Positions 12,876 to 26,256 of a DNA stretch of 64,000 nucleotides are shown here, one piece after another (the first letter of the stretch is position 1; each line of letters starts with the position of its first letter). The stretch lies in NCBI GenBank assembly GCA_039545335.1, contig BCIN01000006.1:1116001-1180000 (forward strand), in the 5' to 3' direction. The DNA comes from Kondoa subrosea (Eukaryota). A program made the translations under genes and the position numbers. The notes below the pieces were generated by a model. It was not told the DNA's origin. It saw only the letters and a program-made list of their open reading frames with translations, and did no database searches.

Positions 12876-13783
12876 TCACATCAGCCAAATATACGTTGCG
12901 AGAACCGCTAGAGATATACTGATCGCTTCAACACTCTTCCTCCTTGCACTTGATGTTCTGAAGGGCGCTGAATTGATCGGTACGATATCTGTAGGTTGTG
13001 CAGGCTGACCAGTATAAGTGTCTTGAGTTTGAAAATCAGTGTTAAGACAATGAATGACGATTGAAAGCTTACAAGCAGTACCGGCACTAGGTTGTGATGC
13101 AGCGACGCCTCCCAATAGTGCTGCACCGAAAGCACATACTTGTCGAGTGTTTTGCAAAATATCAGGCCTGAAAGAAGATGATCAGCATTCAAACAATGTT
13201 AAGAGCCAGCACAGATCGTACATTTTCTCCGCGTCGACATTCAGGAATTGAACGCATTGATTGGTCTCTATGAGAAAAGCAGCTCGTCAAGATTGGCGGG
13301 TCAAAGTGAAAGCCAAGAAGAACTTCTGACTCACGGATAAAGCAATCAACACATTGAGGGGAAGCTGACTTGAAGGCATCTCCACAAGAGCATTGAATGA
13401 CTGAGACGAATGCTAAAGGATCTGTTCGGTCATCGAGGTGATCAGGGAAAAATAGCCCGGAAGAGTTCTAGACTGACTCCACAAGATCGCTGGTACGTCG
13501 CTGAAAGACTTTGACGCAAATGCACAGGAAGATATGGAAGTCCATTCGGGTTCACAAACTTTGCAGGACGGGATTTCCGCTGTTTGTCGCGTCAGATCAA
13601 ATAATCATCTCGCTCGTGGCGATGCCTACCAGGAAAATTTGGCGTTGCGCCATCCTGCCTTCGCAAGACTAAATCTCTTGCTGGACTTCGATCGTCAAAG
13701 CTTGCAAGGTATGGTATTGGGGTTGCAGCTGGAAGTGGATTTGTAAGAACGCTGGACACGAATAGTAGAAGCAACAAGTACAT
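12876..13783 (-). CDS. Small secreted Cys-rich protein, probable GPI anchor, multi-exon
   Basis: Signal peptide MYLLLLLFVSSVLT; exons with CKVCEPEW..C, IQCSCGDAF, QCVDCF, RQVCAFG; hydrophobic C-terminus. Confidence 0.65.
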
Positions 13784-14229
13784 TGTAGTATGACGGAACA
13801 GGACGTACTATAATGCGCATAGAGAATATGCATGATATAGGAGAAGGACTCCTTTTGCGAAATGAAAGAAGCTTCGAACCGCTCGAGCGCATCACGTAAA
13901 AGGAAGTGCATGGCTCGCAGAAGTGCTTCTGATCAAAGCATAGCATACAGCCGACAGAGAATGCACAGTACCGTTGTATGCGTATGCAGAGAAGTAAAGT
14001 GACTGGAGCAACAGATCAAGGGAGAGAAGTGATTCAAGGAAGCCCTAGGCATTCACTCGAATGAAACCCTGGATAGGTGAAGATAGCACACGCGCCAGCG
14101 AATTCCGACTGCTTGCTGTAAAGCAAAGCTCTTCAGGCTAATAACCACATTGCAATTTCGTCGCAACACGAGCTTGCATACTGCCTATCACCCAGACTGC
14201 GATCTAGCTTGTGAAATCCAGCTTCAGCA

Positions 14230-15818
14230 ATGCCAGAGCTCGCTGGTGAGGCTCGTTGTGAAGCAATTGGCAGGCAATGCGCTGATCTGTCGACGCAATA
14301 CTTCAATCACAACAGAAGTCGAAAGAGCAAGAGAGCTGCTTGAAGGGTTCGGTCTAGGACATATGCATCGATTCGCAGTCTCACTGTGGATCACAGCGCT
14401 GCTCTGGGAAAGAAGATCGAGACCGTTCGAGTCAGAGAGGTAAAGTCGCATCGTCACTCCATGGCATGCTCTAGGTCGGCTCATCTCTGCATCTCACCTT
14501 TCAGGACACAATCGTATTTGTCGATCAAGCGCAGACTGAATTCGTCAAGAGCTTGGAAAGCAGGACCTGCGAGAAAGTGGGACGACATGGCAAGCAGTTC
14601 TATGTCAGTGACGTTTCGTATACGTCTTTCTTATGGCTCATGTCTTCGTAGATGATACTATCTGGGTATGTCACAAGCCTCTTCAGTGTCGTTCGCTCAT
14701 GTCTCTGCTACTCAACAATCGCAGAGATGGACCACAACCCCTCTTTCATTTAGGCATGTCGGGCTCATGCGCAGTGAAAGATAGCGATCAGCACATGTAC
14801 TATCGTAAGAAGCCGAAGAAAGCGCTAAACGAAGATGGAGAAACTTGGCCTCCTCGATGTGCGTCCATTTGACTCTTCTCGACCAAGACAGCCTGATCAC
14901 GGTATAGACTGGAAAGCCTGTCTGGAATTTGAAGACGGCACATCGTGGGCCTACACAGACTCTCGACGACTAGGACGAATCAAGCTCATTGACGGACCTG
15001 ATATCACTGCTGTTCCACCTATTTCACTGCTCGGCGCAGATCCTTTCCTGAACATGCCTTCCACTGAATCTGTCGCGAATTTGCTAGCTAAACGATCTGC
15101 ACCAATCAAAGCAATTCTTCTCGATCAAAACGCAATCTTCGCGGGAATAGGAAACTGGCTGGTCGATGAAATCCTTTTCCATGCTCACATCCATCCTTCT
15201 CAACCTTGTAACTCCCTTTCGAGCGAACAAGTAGCGGAGCTGTGCACGCAGATTCAATATGTGATCAATCTTGCTGTCGAGAGCAAAGCCAACTCAGATC
15301 TCTTTCCGTCTCACTGGCTCTTCAAGCATAGATGGGGTAAAGGTAAAGGAAAGAAGCCAACAATCACTCTTGTTCGTTTCTCTGTCCGTTATTCAGACTT
15401 TTGAATTCATGATAGTTTTCAGCTCACTGGGGAAACCTCGCATCTTATCTGGGAAACTGTCGGAGGAAGAACGAGCGCTATCTGTCCACTTGTTCAAGTT
15501 CTCGACAAGTCTACTATCCCACCCAAGTCTCCTTCAAAGAAACGGATCAAAAGGGAAATCGAAGAGTCGGCTGTCGTTGAGCTGGAAGATCCTGTAGATG
15601 GTGAACCTCCGAAAGTCAAGAAAGTCATCAGGAAACGCAAGGTTGTTGTGAAAGAGGAACCTGCGGGAAGCGATTCAGAGTTGACTCCGCTTGAAGACGA
15701 GGAAGAAGATAAAGTGAGCATCCCTGTCCCGTCAAGTAGCCAGCCTGAAAAATCATTGCAGCCTGTCAAGCCAAAGCGGATACGTAGAAGTACAACCGCA
15801 GTGAAAGTTGGGTTCTGA
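14230..15818 (+). CDS. Formamidopyrimidine-DNA glycosylase (Fpg/Nei family, H2TH)
   Basis: Catalytic N-terminus MPELA|EVERAR, RHGKQF, HLGMSG, YTDSRRLGRI, IKAILLDQNAIFAGIGNWLVDEILFHAHIHP, TVGGRTS. Confidence 0.93.
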
Positions 15819-15993
15819 GCAGAGCATTTATCGACTTGTCACACTGTAAATAATAGTGCCAGCGAATGTATTCAGTGTTATTTGCGCAAAACTTTGCTTT
15901 TACACCGCTATAATTCTGAACACACAACGAAAACCCCAAAGCTCAATAAGTTACAACAAAGAAAGAAAAGTAAACCACCCTTAGTTACACCTT

Positions 15994-18900
15994 TTATGTT
16001 TCACAGCTCAATGAGCCGTCACGAAGACCTTGCTCCGAAAGGCAGCGTAGGCCGAGGCATCTTCGAAATAATGCTGCGTCGGTCTCATAGTCATACAACG
16101 ATGACATCTCTTGAAATACGAGGACTGTCATACAGCAGTTCAGCTCAAGGACCTTTCCGTCAAAGTTATCTTACCTTTGCTGACGATGCTAGCGATGGTG
16201 CGATATTTGTGCACATTGACTAGAGGATATAGAGGCAAGTTCTCCGGCATTGGAGATAAATCTTGGAAGGCTGCAGGATCTGCCGGGTTCACTAGTTCTC
16301 CCGTACTTTCGTCAATATTGACGGACATCCCTGGTGAAGTCGGATCGAGGAAAGTTGGCAATTCGCCAGAAACAGCAAGATCGCGCAAGAAAAGTCCGAG
16401 AAAAGGGATGCATCCATGTATCTGGGCAGAGGCAGTCTTTGCGCGAGAAGAAACCATGATACTGGCTCGAGCAAGCTTTTGCGTCTGCTGTTGTATCTGT
16501 TCTTGAGACATTCCTTGCCCAGGTGGACCCCATTCTTCAGCGAGAGCGTTGCTGACATTGCGAAGCGACCGAAAGTTGCGAGCGTGCGAAGTGAATTCTT
16601 TGAGGTCCTTGAAGACTCGGATTTCCCAGAAACCAACTTTCGACCAAGTCTTCTTAAGTCTTTCGACGTGTGTAGACTGCAGACCATGTATGATTTGCGT
16701 GAGAGTCTGAAAGTTCGATTGACGGTAGCATTTCTGGCATTTTCTAATCAGCACATTGCAGGCCAATGGGAGCGAAGCTTACCCATGCCAGACGAATGAA
16801 TTTGTTGACAAGAGTGACTCTTTCATCGAGGCTACGCGTTTGCACGATCTACCAACACGTTTCAGGGTCAAATCATCTGCGAGCCATACCAACTCACTTC
16901 TGATGTACACCAATTTGCGACCAGGTTGAATCGCGCAATCACTACTCTGACTTCTGTTGATTCAAGCTGTTCGCCGTTATCGCGCGCAGTCATCAATTCT
17001 CTTGCTCGTGCTTTTCTAAAGCTTTCCCAGTCCAATGTATCAGCCATGGTTGCTCGATCACGCCAAGAGCCTTGTACGAGCCTGTTGATTCAAGTCAGCA
17101 TAAAGCAGAGCAATGTTGTATACGGCTCACTCATGCCAGCCGATATTCGCAAGCAAATCCCGCTCGATCAAGCATAACTGTCTAGCGACTGCTTCGTTCT
17201 TATAGGATAGAAGGAAAGAATGATGGGGCATTGCAAGATTTGACGGAGAGTTGATACGAAGAGCAGGAGCTTGATTTCGATTACGCGTCAATAGGTGCCT
17301 GATTGAAGGTTTCCGTGCGATCGATTGCCTGATCGTAGAGAGTCTCGACATTCGTTCAGGCGAAGTAGTAGGTTTGGGAGCAGGAAGAGCAAGGAAGGGC
17401 GTAAAAGGGTGTTCTTCGGTCGGTGTAATTGTCACATCTACTTCGTTGGGTTGAGGCTCATCCATAACGGATTGAGGAGACATCGATCGTTGATCTGCCT
17501 CTGAGTGTGTTTCAGAAGTCTCGACTTCGTCTTCTATTTCGCTGTCGGAAGCGGCTTTCTGATAGCGAGCAGGATCTTTTGACTTAATCATTTGCGCTTC
17601 GACCTTTTTTGCTTTTTCGCGTTGCTTGTCTTGATCTATTTGACCCTCGAGTCTCTTCAGAGCAGCTTCAACGTCCCCACTTTCTTCATCATCCGAATCT
17701 AAGCCATCAACCACGAAGTTGGGGATTACTCGCACTTGCGGTGGGGCTTCTTCAGCAGAGCTTTCTGAATGCGCAGTAAGATTAAGGGGCTTCTTCTTCA
17801 GGTAAGAATGGAACGAGGCGCCCAGACTAGAAACGGAGTCAAAAGACTTTTTCGGACGAGGTCCTTTGAAGTTGTTGGCTTGTCTCAAATTTCTAGCATT
17901 GGGAAGTCGGCGTAGTACCCGGTGCATATCTTCGTCGTCGCTGTCATCCGAAAGACCAACGTCGTCCAGCTGAACTCCACTATGACCAGAGCGAAAAGAG
18001 AGCGCTTGGATTGATCGGCGAAAACCTGTACTAAAGCCAAACGTCGGAACGAATTGCTTTTCCTCTCCTCGCTCGCTTCGTATCGTCTGGGAAGAATGAG
18101 AGTGGTGCAGCTCCGGTTTGATCGTATGAGGCGCGGCGAGCATAGTAGGTTCTGTGGAATGAGAAGCAGCAGGTGTATCTAATTCACAACCTGAACTGCT
18201 GAAACTAGTTCGATCTGTTTCATACGGTGTTTCTAGGCCGCTAGAAGAGGTGGGGGATGCAGAAGCTTCGAAAGAAGGCGAAGATAGACCAGCTTGTAGA
18301 CTTTCGTGAGAATTTGCTAAATAGTCGGAATCAGTCTGGAAGACATCATCTTCATGCGGTTCGAATTGCTGAGGATGCAAGGAGGAGCGATTGTTGATCA
18401 TTCGCTTGAATCGTCCAAATTGCCCTAAAGTGGAGTTAACTGTTCTTGAAAGCAAGCCATAATCATGCGGCAGAACGAGAGGGGGATGTATAGGATTAGA
18501 AGATGATGCTCGGGGTGGAGATGAGAGACTAGTCGATGAAGTTGATGCATCATCAGCAAAAGTTCGCTTTGTTCTAGGCGGTGAAACGGGCATGAGCATT
18601 CCTGTTGTACTTCTGCTGGCTGAAACAGCGCGAGCGTGATTTCGTTGACCTGGAGGCGAAGATGGAGGTGAAGAAGGAACGCCGATGCTGTGCAGGTCTA
18701 AATCGACATCTTCCTCCAATACAATAGCTGGAGCTAAAAGAGCAGCTGGAGTATTCATTGCTGATCGCAAAGATGCTTGACTTGCTGCGTGGCGCACAAC
18801 TTTAGGCGGACCGGTAGCGAAAGCTGGATGGGGGGAAGAAGGATTTGCAGGAGCCATTGCTTCCATCGAATAGGTTTCTTTCAATCTTCTGACTACTTTC

Positions 18901-21089
18901 TTCAAGCCTTTGATGAGCTGTTGATCTTTAGGATTACACTTCATTTTCGGCTCTTTTGCGATGTTGTTGAGCCAATTTGTCAATCTAGCTCGAAGTTCTG
19001 ACGATGGTACGAAGTCCTCAATAAAGTAATTCAAGAGCCAATGCCGAATGACGACAAATGTTCGGACTCTGACAATTCTTCGGCTAGCTTCATCTTCTGG
19101 TGAGTTGGCTTCATTTGTGGCCCATTCAAACCTTGCGATAAGTAGCTTGCACAGCGCTAGAGGTTGTAAGAAAGCTCGATAAGTCAGGAAGAAGTCCGTC
19201 ATAAGATCCACTTCGATCTTGCTCGTAAGTTCTGCTATCCATCTTTCGACCGTAGCAGCCATCATAACTTTCTGACTGATCATTGCTGGAGTAGAAGGAG
19301 CTGCTGACTCTCTGAAGGAGGAAGTAGCTGGACTATTGAGGACATTGTTGGCAAACCTGGTACGATCTGATCCAGCCGACATGGAAGGTTTGCGTTCTTT
19401 GACACTCCAGCGCCTGGTGGACAACACTGGAGAAGAGCTGCCAGGACCTGGACTTGGCGTTTCGACTTCGCGAGGTGATTGAGGTCCAGCCGAACCGGTG
19501 ATCACACTGTCTCTTGCGGAACCCATAGGATTTGGGACCATTCGAGTGCCCCATATGACGAAGCGAGGATCATCACTTGGCGCTGCTGAGACAGTGATCT
19601 GATGTGCAGAAAGTGCTGAAGATCGAGATAGGAAAGAAGCCAGAGATACTACTGAGTCTAGTCGCGAATGGTGACCCATAGGACCAGCTGTTGACTCTCT
19701 CGGTGAATCAGAAGCATGATGTAGACCGAGACCAGGATTCTCTTCTCGATGTTCTAAAGCTTGGAAGATTTCAAAGACATTTGGATCTTCAAATCGAGGT
19801 CGTTTGGCTTCTGGTCCGTTTTCGACTGTAGCAGTCGTTTCTGATCGAGGAAAGACCCCTTCTAATCGGACTCTTGAGCGTTTCAGTCCGCGATGAATGT
19901 TTCCGTCGGAAGGCAAGCGAACTCCTTCTCCAAAGGGAGATGTGTAAGTTGGGTTGTTGTTTGCTTGGCTAGTCTTCGCAACTGGTGTTTCTGGATTGGA
20001 CGATTCAGGCGAGCGAGATGAGGGCGAGGCAGTGTTTGCAGAAGGTTTGCGATCCATGAGATTGCTTAGCTTCATGGTCGGAGTAGAGGGACTTGGACCA
20101 GGGGAAGATTCATCGGAGACATCATCTAGCTGTCGCACGAGATCGCTCGGTAGATCATTAGTTTCGATGTCGTCTGATTTTGCGTAAAAGAACGAGCTGC
20201 TTGATTGATCTGTGCCTCGACTGGAGCTACGCAGGGTAGTAACTGAAGACTTTGCTGGAAGAAAGACCGTATTCTCTTGCGTCCATCCTAATAATCTTCC
20301 CAGGACATCTCCAGATGCGCTATCGGCGGCAGATATACCACGAGCTTCTAAATTGGCAGAGGAATTTTGAGCGAAAGCTGGTATCGAAACAGCTCTTGAA
20401 CGCCCAGCTGCATCTAAAGCAGGAGCGGCAACGATGTGATGTCCGCCAACAATATACGGCAGAGTGAGAAAATTGACAGTCTTGCTCGCATTGTCTTCTT
20501 TTGGCCGATAAAATCCGCTTTTGTCTGGCATAATGGTTTGGACATTTGTCGATCTCAATTGGGGATTGGATCTGGCTTGACGTATGCTTTTTGTGGGTGA
20601 GACTTCACGAGGATCTCTATTAGGCGAAGGTGCGTTGCACGAAAACGAAGGTACGGTTGGCGAAGGCTGAGAAACTGAATGCCTTCGTCTTGCCTGACTC
20701 TTGAAGCTTTCCGCAACTGACACAGGTCGAGAGCGGGGCCTGTAGCTGAATTAGCTGCTATAACGAGTTTGATCAATTATTCGCTTACCTGATTCTGTAG
20801 ACTGTTTTGCCGTTCTCGTCCTTTCGTTGAGTTATCACATAATCCTCTTTCTCGCTCCCCAAGCTTTCAATGCTCTCGTTTGGATCTCCAGTGCCGCTCA
20901 GTCTTTGGACTCGCCTGCCTTCTTTCGAGTAAATTTGAGCCAAAGCTTTCGCAGCGGCTACATAGTATCATATTAAGTTAAGATTGAGCATTGACGGCGT
21001 ATTGACTGACCTAATGAAGTGGTCTCGACATATTGATCCAGCGAAGGACTGGTCGAACTTGATTTCTTACGAACAGGAGTAGCTGCCAT
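15994..21089 (-). CDS. Large RasGEF (REM/RasGEF_N + CDC25 domain), LTE1-like
   Basis: MMAATVERWIAELTS..DFFLTY..IVRVRTFVVIRHWLLNYF (REM); VARQLCLIERDLL, NFQTLTQIIHGLQ, GCIPFLGLFLRDL (CDC25). Confidence 0.88.
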
Positions 21090-21366
21090 CTACACGTTGC
21101 CGCCTTGAATGATTGACTAGGAGCAGCACCCAGGTTGATGGAGTAGCCTCAAGGTCAGACGAGTCGCCCTGTTTCTCGGTTTATTTCTGCCAACGTGGGA
21201 CAGGAGTATACAGTCTTGTGGTATAACGCGTTTGCTTTGGGTAAGGGGTGTATTGTTAGGGTAGTCAGGCTTGCTCTGGTATCATAGTTTGTTCGTGGTT
21301 TGAGCACGACATCGAATTCGACATCTGTGCACCTGTGCTTTTGGAATGGAAAATCTAACAGCAAGT

Positions 21367-23797
21367 CTAATCTAGTGCTACGGCTCTATACAAGAGGATG
21401 TAGGCCAACGAATCTTCGCCTGTAAGTAAACAGATGCAATATAAGGAGAAGCTCAAACTCGTGAAATGCTCGCTTACCTCCGCCATCTAATGCAGCAATT
21501 CGAGTACGAGGAACGATAGAAACCTTGTCGTCGTCAAACTTGATCCACTGTTGTAAGAGCAGATCAGTATTGGCGTCTGTCTAATGCAAAGTAACGGACC
21601 TGTTCCTTTTCCGGATCTTCATCTTCTTTCTCTTGTGATGCACCGCCTCCGACACCTTTACCACCATTCGCAGCACTCGCTCGAACCCAGCCAATATAAT
21701 GTCTGTACATTAGAACGAATTCAAATAAGCTCAGATACTTATTATGCTTCGATCAACGCACCCTCCATCAGCACTCGCTCCTTTATGAGACACCACACCA
21801 ATGAGTTCATACATAGCCGTAGCATTTGCTCCGATGTCCGCTTTCACACTAGGATCCACAAGCGCTTCCAACTCCGTCTTCTCTTTAACTCTGACGGATG
21901 GTTCCACCGCAGCAGTATTCTCAGTGACGGGAGCAGTAGTATCTACTTCCATTGCACTTTCCGCAGGAACAGTAGCTGCAGTTCCGGTTGATGTAGAGGA
22001 GGAAGATTGAACAGAGTCATCTGCTGCTCTTTTAGTCTTCTTTCGAATCGTTGCTCGTTCATGTCGAGCTTTTTGAACTTCTTTCAATCGATCTGTTGCA
22101 GGTCGAATTCTCTTCTTTAGATCGTCGGTAATGATATCACTGACATCCAGCTCGAAAGGAATTTTGACCTGTCAGCGGACGGGTATGATCGATCAGACAA
22201 AGCCGAGTGACCAATCCACACTACTAACCTTTCGCAAGATCTTTGTTTTCTTGTTGATTTCTCTACGCCAGAAGAATCGATTCTCATGTACAGTTAGATA
22301 TCTAAACTCGAAAATCAGCCTGAACAAAGCACTGATGTAATGGTGACATACACAGGCAAACGAGAGACCCTTGAAGTAGCGCTGTAGACTGCTGATCGGC
22401 CTAAAGTTGAGCTGTTCTTCTCGATCTGTTGCTCTAGCGACTATAGCTGATTCATTAGACCGCAGTATCTGTTAGATTCCAAAGAGCTTACATCCTCTGT
22501 GAGATGGTAGCAGCAGTGATCAGTTGAGATATTCAGTTGAAGGTGCGCCCGCCCACTCACTGATTCCGTTTGCCAAATAATTGGTTTCGCTCGTGATATT
22601 ACACTTGAGCTCCAAAAATGGTTCGACCGAGACAGATGGTTGTTCAACAGGTGCTTCAACTGATTTCGTCCTGTGAAACAGGCATTCTCTTCAGCACTGT
22701 GTATGCACAAAGATCAGGTCGCCTCACTCAGTTTGCATTTCGCCCATCATGTACTGCTGAACCCATTGCTGACTCTGCGCAGCCGTAGAAGTAGACCCGG
22801 GTACACTGACTCCTGCTAGAGTAGGTCTCAAAGCTCCCAGAATAGCAGACCAGCATTCTTCTGCATCCTGCTGGGCTGGGAAACCGTTGCGCGTTTCTTG
22901 AAATTGAGGTACATGAGTGCGGAGGAGCTGTCATTGCACATCAGGAATCAAGACAGTGTCTTTGTGAGTCAGAAGCGGGCTGACCTGCCAGAAAAACTGC
23001 GGTGCGTAAGATTCGGTCGTTCGACCCATTTCTTGGTATAAATGACGCAAGCCAGTTGTCAGACCAGCATTAGTGTCGCCTCGATTTGCAGCTCCAGCTT
23101 GAGGTGTATATCTGTAAGGGCATTTCTCCGATGAGCAATTGCATGAATGCTGCATCTTGGAAGATCCTTACGCGTTGAGCGCTATTTGAAGTTCTGGAAT
23201 CACTCGCAAGACTTGTACTGATGCCCGGCGAATCACTTAACGGAAGACTTTGCTATAGATCTGAAACATACGAGATGAAGCCATGTAGCAAGTATTGCCT
23301 AGATTCGTCAAACCTCCAGGTGTTTGTACCTGTAGTCTGGTCAGCGGAGAGTACCATGCGCAATCAAGCGAGATACTGACAGCTTCAGCCAATTGAGCGT
23401 CTGTCATGTCTTCCAAGAACATGACTGGAGTAGAAGGTGGTTTAGGCAGTTCGCCAGCAGTTCCGATCACCATCAATTGTTGGCCCTGCGACCAGTGTAA
23501 CCCTTCAGCTGCGTGACAGCAGGAAGGTCTGGCTTGGTCACCTCTTTGAAACCCAACTTCTTGAGATCCGCATCATCCTTGAGCATACCACCTTTGACGA
23601 CTACTTTGACCTTGTCCGTTGCTATGCAATCTGAAGCGTTAGAGAACTAGCTACGAGGCAGCAGATGCCAGCCTGAACTCACGGACGCCTGTGAGCTGAT
23701 AAACAGCTTCTTTAAAGGCTGACCCAGGTTTCGAGAGATCTGCTTGAGCATCGTATGTTTTACCAGCATGCTTGATCTTCAGGTTGATCACACTCAT
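21367..23797 (-). CDS. UBP6: Proteasome-associated deubiquitinase (UBL + USP), USP14/Ubp6
   Basis: MSVINLKIKHAGKTY, MMVIGTAGELPKPP..FLEDM, GLTNLGNTCYM, YELIGVVSHKGASADGG, FDDDKVS, AYILLYR. Confidence 0.95.
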
Positions 23798-24521
23798 GGT
23801 ATGTGGTATGGTATCTGGGATTACGCAAGCTCGTCGCGGTTTTTGGCAAGATCTCGCTTGACTTTGTACGTCGAGTGTCTCTTCGCCTGGCCACAGGAAT
23901 CGCTCTGTCCGCTGCATCTTTTATTCCAGTCTCTCTGCATCCTCACGGTTCGCGTTACTCGTGCTTGAGTCTGACTACTCCAAAGAGTGGATGTGCTTTT
24001 CGGGACGTCCTGTTCGCTGTTCTCGTGTACTCTCGTATCGATCTTCTGGGCCATTGAACTGTCTTCTTGATGTGCTGCTGTTTCCGCATCTTTGATGCAA
24101 GGAGCTCAAATTTCGCTACGCTCATTGTGCGTCTGACCTAATTGAACCGGTACCGTGTTTGGCATCGCTTGTACGAATATCCGAGCCTACTCAGTGCCAG
24201 TTAGGATCTGTGTCGACCTGCACAGGTCTTGACTTCGAAGTCAGTGTAGCGTTTGCAGTGCATGCAGTCATGTCCAACTCTGCCCAAACATTGCATCGCC
24301 TGTTACTTGGTGCTTGTATGATGTATGCTCTCTTCGTGGTATTAGCAAGAGACTTGAAATTTAGCACCCTGTACCTTGGTGGAGAAAGGTATATAATTGA
24401 CTCGGTCGGTACCGTCTCGCTTTGGCTGACTCCTTTCTGAGCTCAATACTTGCGCTTCGTCAACAGCTCAAGACTTTTGTTTCTCTTGACCAGCAATTAG
24501 AGCTCTATCGTCATCTGCCTT

Positions 24522-25814
24522 ATGGAAGACATGTCCAAAGTAAAGGGAGCCAACTTCCAGTCCGGCTGCAAATCTTCCAAGCCAAGACACTCGGTACAGG
24601 GTTCATGCTATGAAGGTCTCACTCAATACGCCTTATCGTCTTTTGGTCAATTTCCTCCGAGTTCTGCATGCTCTAGCTGGCTAGCCAATTTCCAAGCTAA
24701 ATCAATTCCGAGCACAGCTCGCTTTTCAGCTGCTTCATCTGATGGCTTGTACTCCATGGCACAACCTTCACCCAGAAAGAAAGTCCTGCTGTCCTCGCCG
24801 GCACAGCAGCCTCAGCTAAGTCAATCTAAGCTGGATTAAAACGTTTCGTCCGATCCATATACAGCATCCTACTTGAACGACAGGCATGGTATTGACTCAA
24901 ACATTTCCTTCTCTTCCAAACAACCCACTTTTGTCAATATTTTGAACCCAGTTGAGCCTTGGTCGTGCGCTACATTTGGCTCTGAAACCGGTATCAATGC
25001 AGATTCTGCTGTTAGAGAATCTATCAGAGGCACAACTCTATCATCCTCTCTGTATTCAGATCTCCTAGCAAGGGGTCCATCAGTCGGATGTGATTCCTCA
25101 TCGGTCTATTCTACCAATTCTGCCGATTTTACACTGGGTCCAAGTTCCTTCTCTTCCAATCCGTATCGGATACCACAGAGTAGCTCTTCAAAAGAAGTCA
25201 CTGCAGTTGTGAAAAGCAATCCGAGAAGTCAGAAAGGATTAACATCACATCATGAATGTGCCGGTACAAGCGTCGGCAGTCTTTGGGATCTCAAAGACGT
25301 ACGCTTCTCACCTTTCTCACTTACCGTACCTCCTGACTGATTGTTTTCTCATAGCCGTCAGGCGGTATACCTTTTCTATATTTTTTCAAACTTCTTCCAC
25401 TCAATTGCTGAATAGGTATCAATCAAAGACCGACTTATGCCTATATCACACTTCTCCGCTACGCGATCCTCGGTTCTCCTTCCCAAAGATTAACCCTACA
25501 AGAAATTTACGTAGCTTTATCGAATCGCTACCCATACTTTTCAATGGATGATAAAGGATGGAAGAATTCCGTTAGACATAATTTGAGTTTGAATAAATGT
25601 TTCAAGAGGTTGGAAAGGCATGTTTTGGATGGTAAAGGTGGATATTGGGTTGTTGATTTAGACGAAGAAGTGAGCGTTTCTCTTTGATGTAAAGAAAGCA
25701 GAACTGATTTGACGATAGTGGTCTACTTCTAGATATAGGAACAGGAAGAAGGGAAGAACAATCAAAGGTGTTACGAAGCAAGATAGCCGATCAAACGACA
25801 GCGACAAGAAGTAG
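24522..25814 (+). CDS. Forkhead (winged-helix) transcription factor; start uncertain
   Basis: Exon ~25416-25670, in a frame not in the ORF track, reads RPTYAYITLLRYAILGSPSQRLTLQEIYVALSNRYPYFSMDDKGWKNSVRHNLSLNKCFKRLERHVLDGKGGYWVVD. Confidence 0.9.
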
Positions 25815-26256
25815 CGACGCTATCAGTATGTCATTCCAAGGTTGAAGTCTTGTCGCAAACCTGTCTCCTCCAAAACACCTATGACCAGCAAGTTGGACCG
25901 AGTAGCGGCAGACGGCGGCGCGATCAATCCCAATTGGTATTTATTCTACATCAGATCGAGTCTCGTCATCGCCGGCGGTCTTCACAGATGACTCTCACAG
26001 CTGCTGTTGAGCTCAGGAAAGGCTGACATTGCATGGAATCAAGAGCAACACCTTCAAGTAAGACTTCGAATCGGGATCGCTTCGCATTGCACCGGTCAAA
26101 AGCAATATGTGCTTAGCTCTCATCTATGTACATACTGTATTGCAATAGTGCTTCCATTACGCGCGGATCGCGTTCATACTTTCCAACGGTTTGACCTTCG
26201 GCTTGTTGTTTTCTTTCCCTCTCAAGCTTCTTTTTGGCGACGATCACTGCTGCGAG

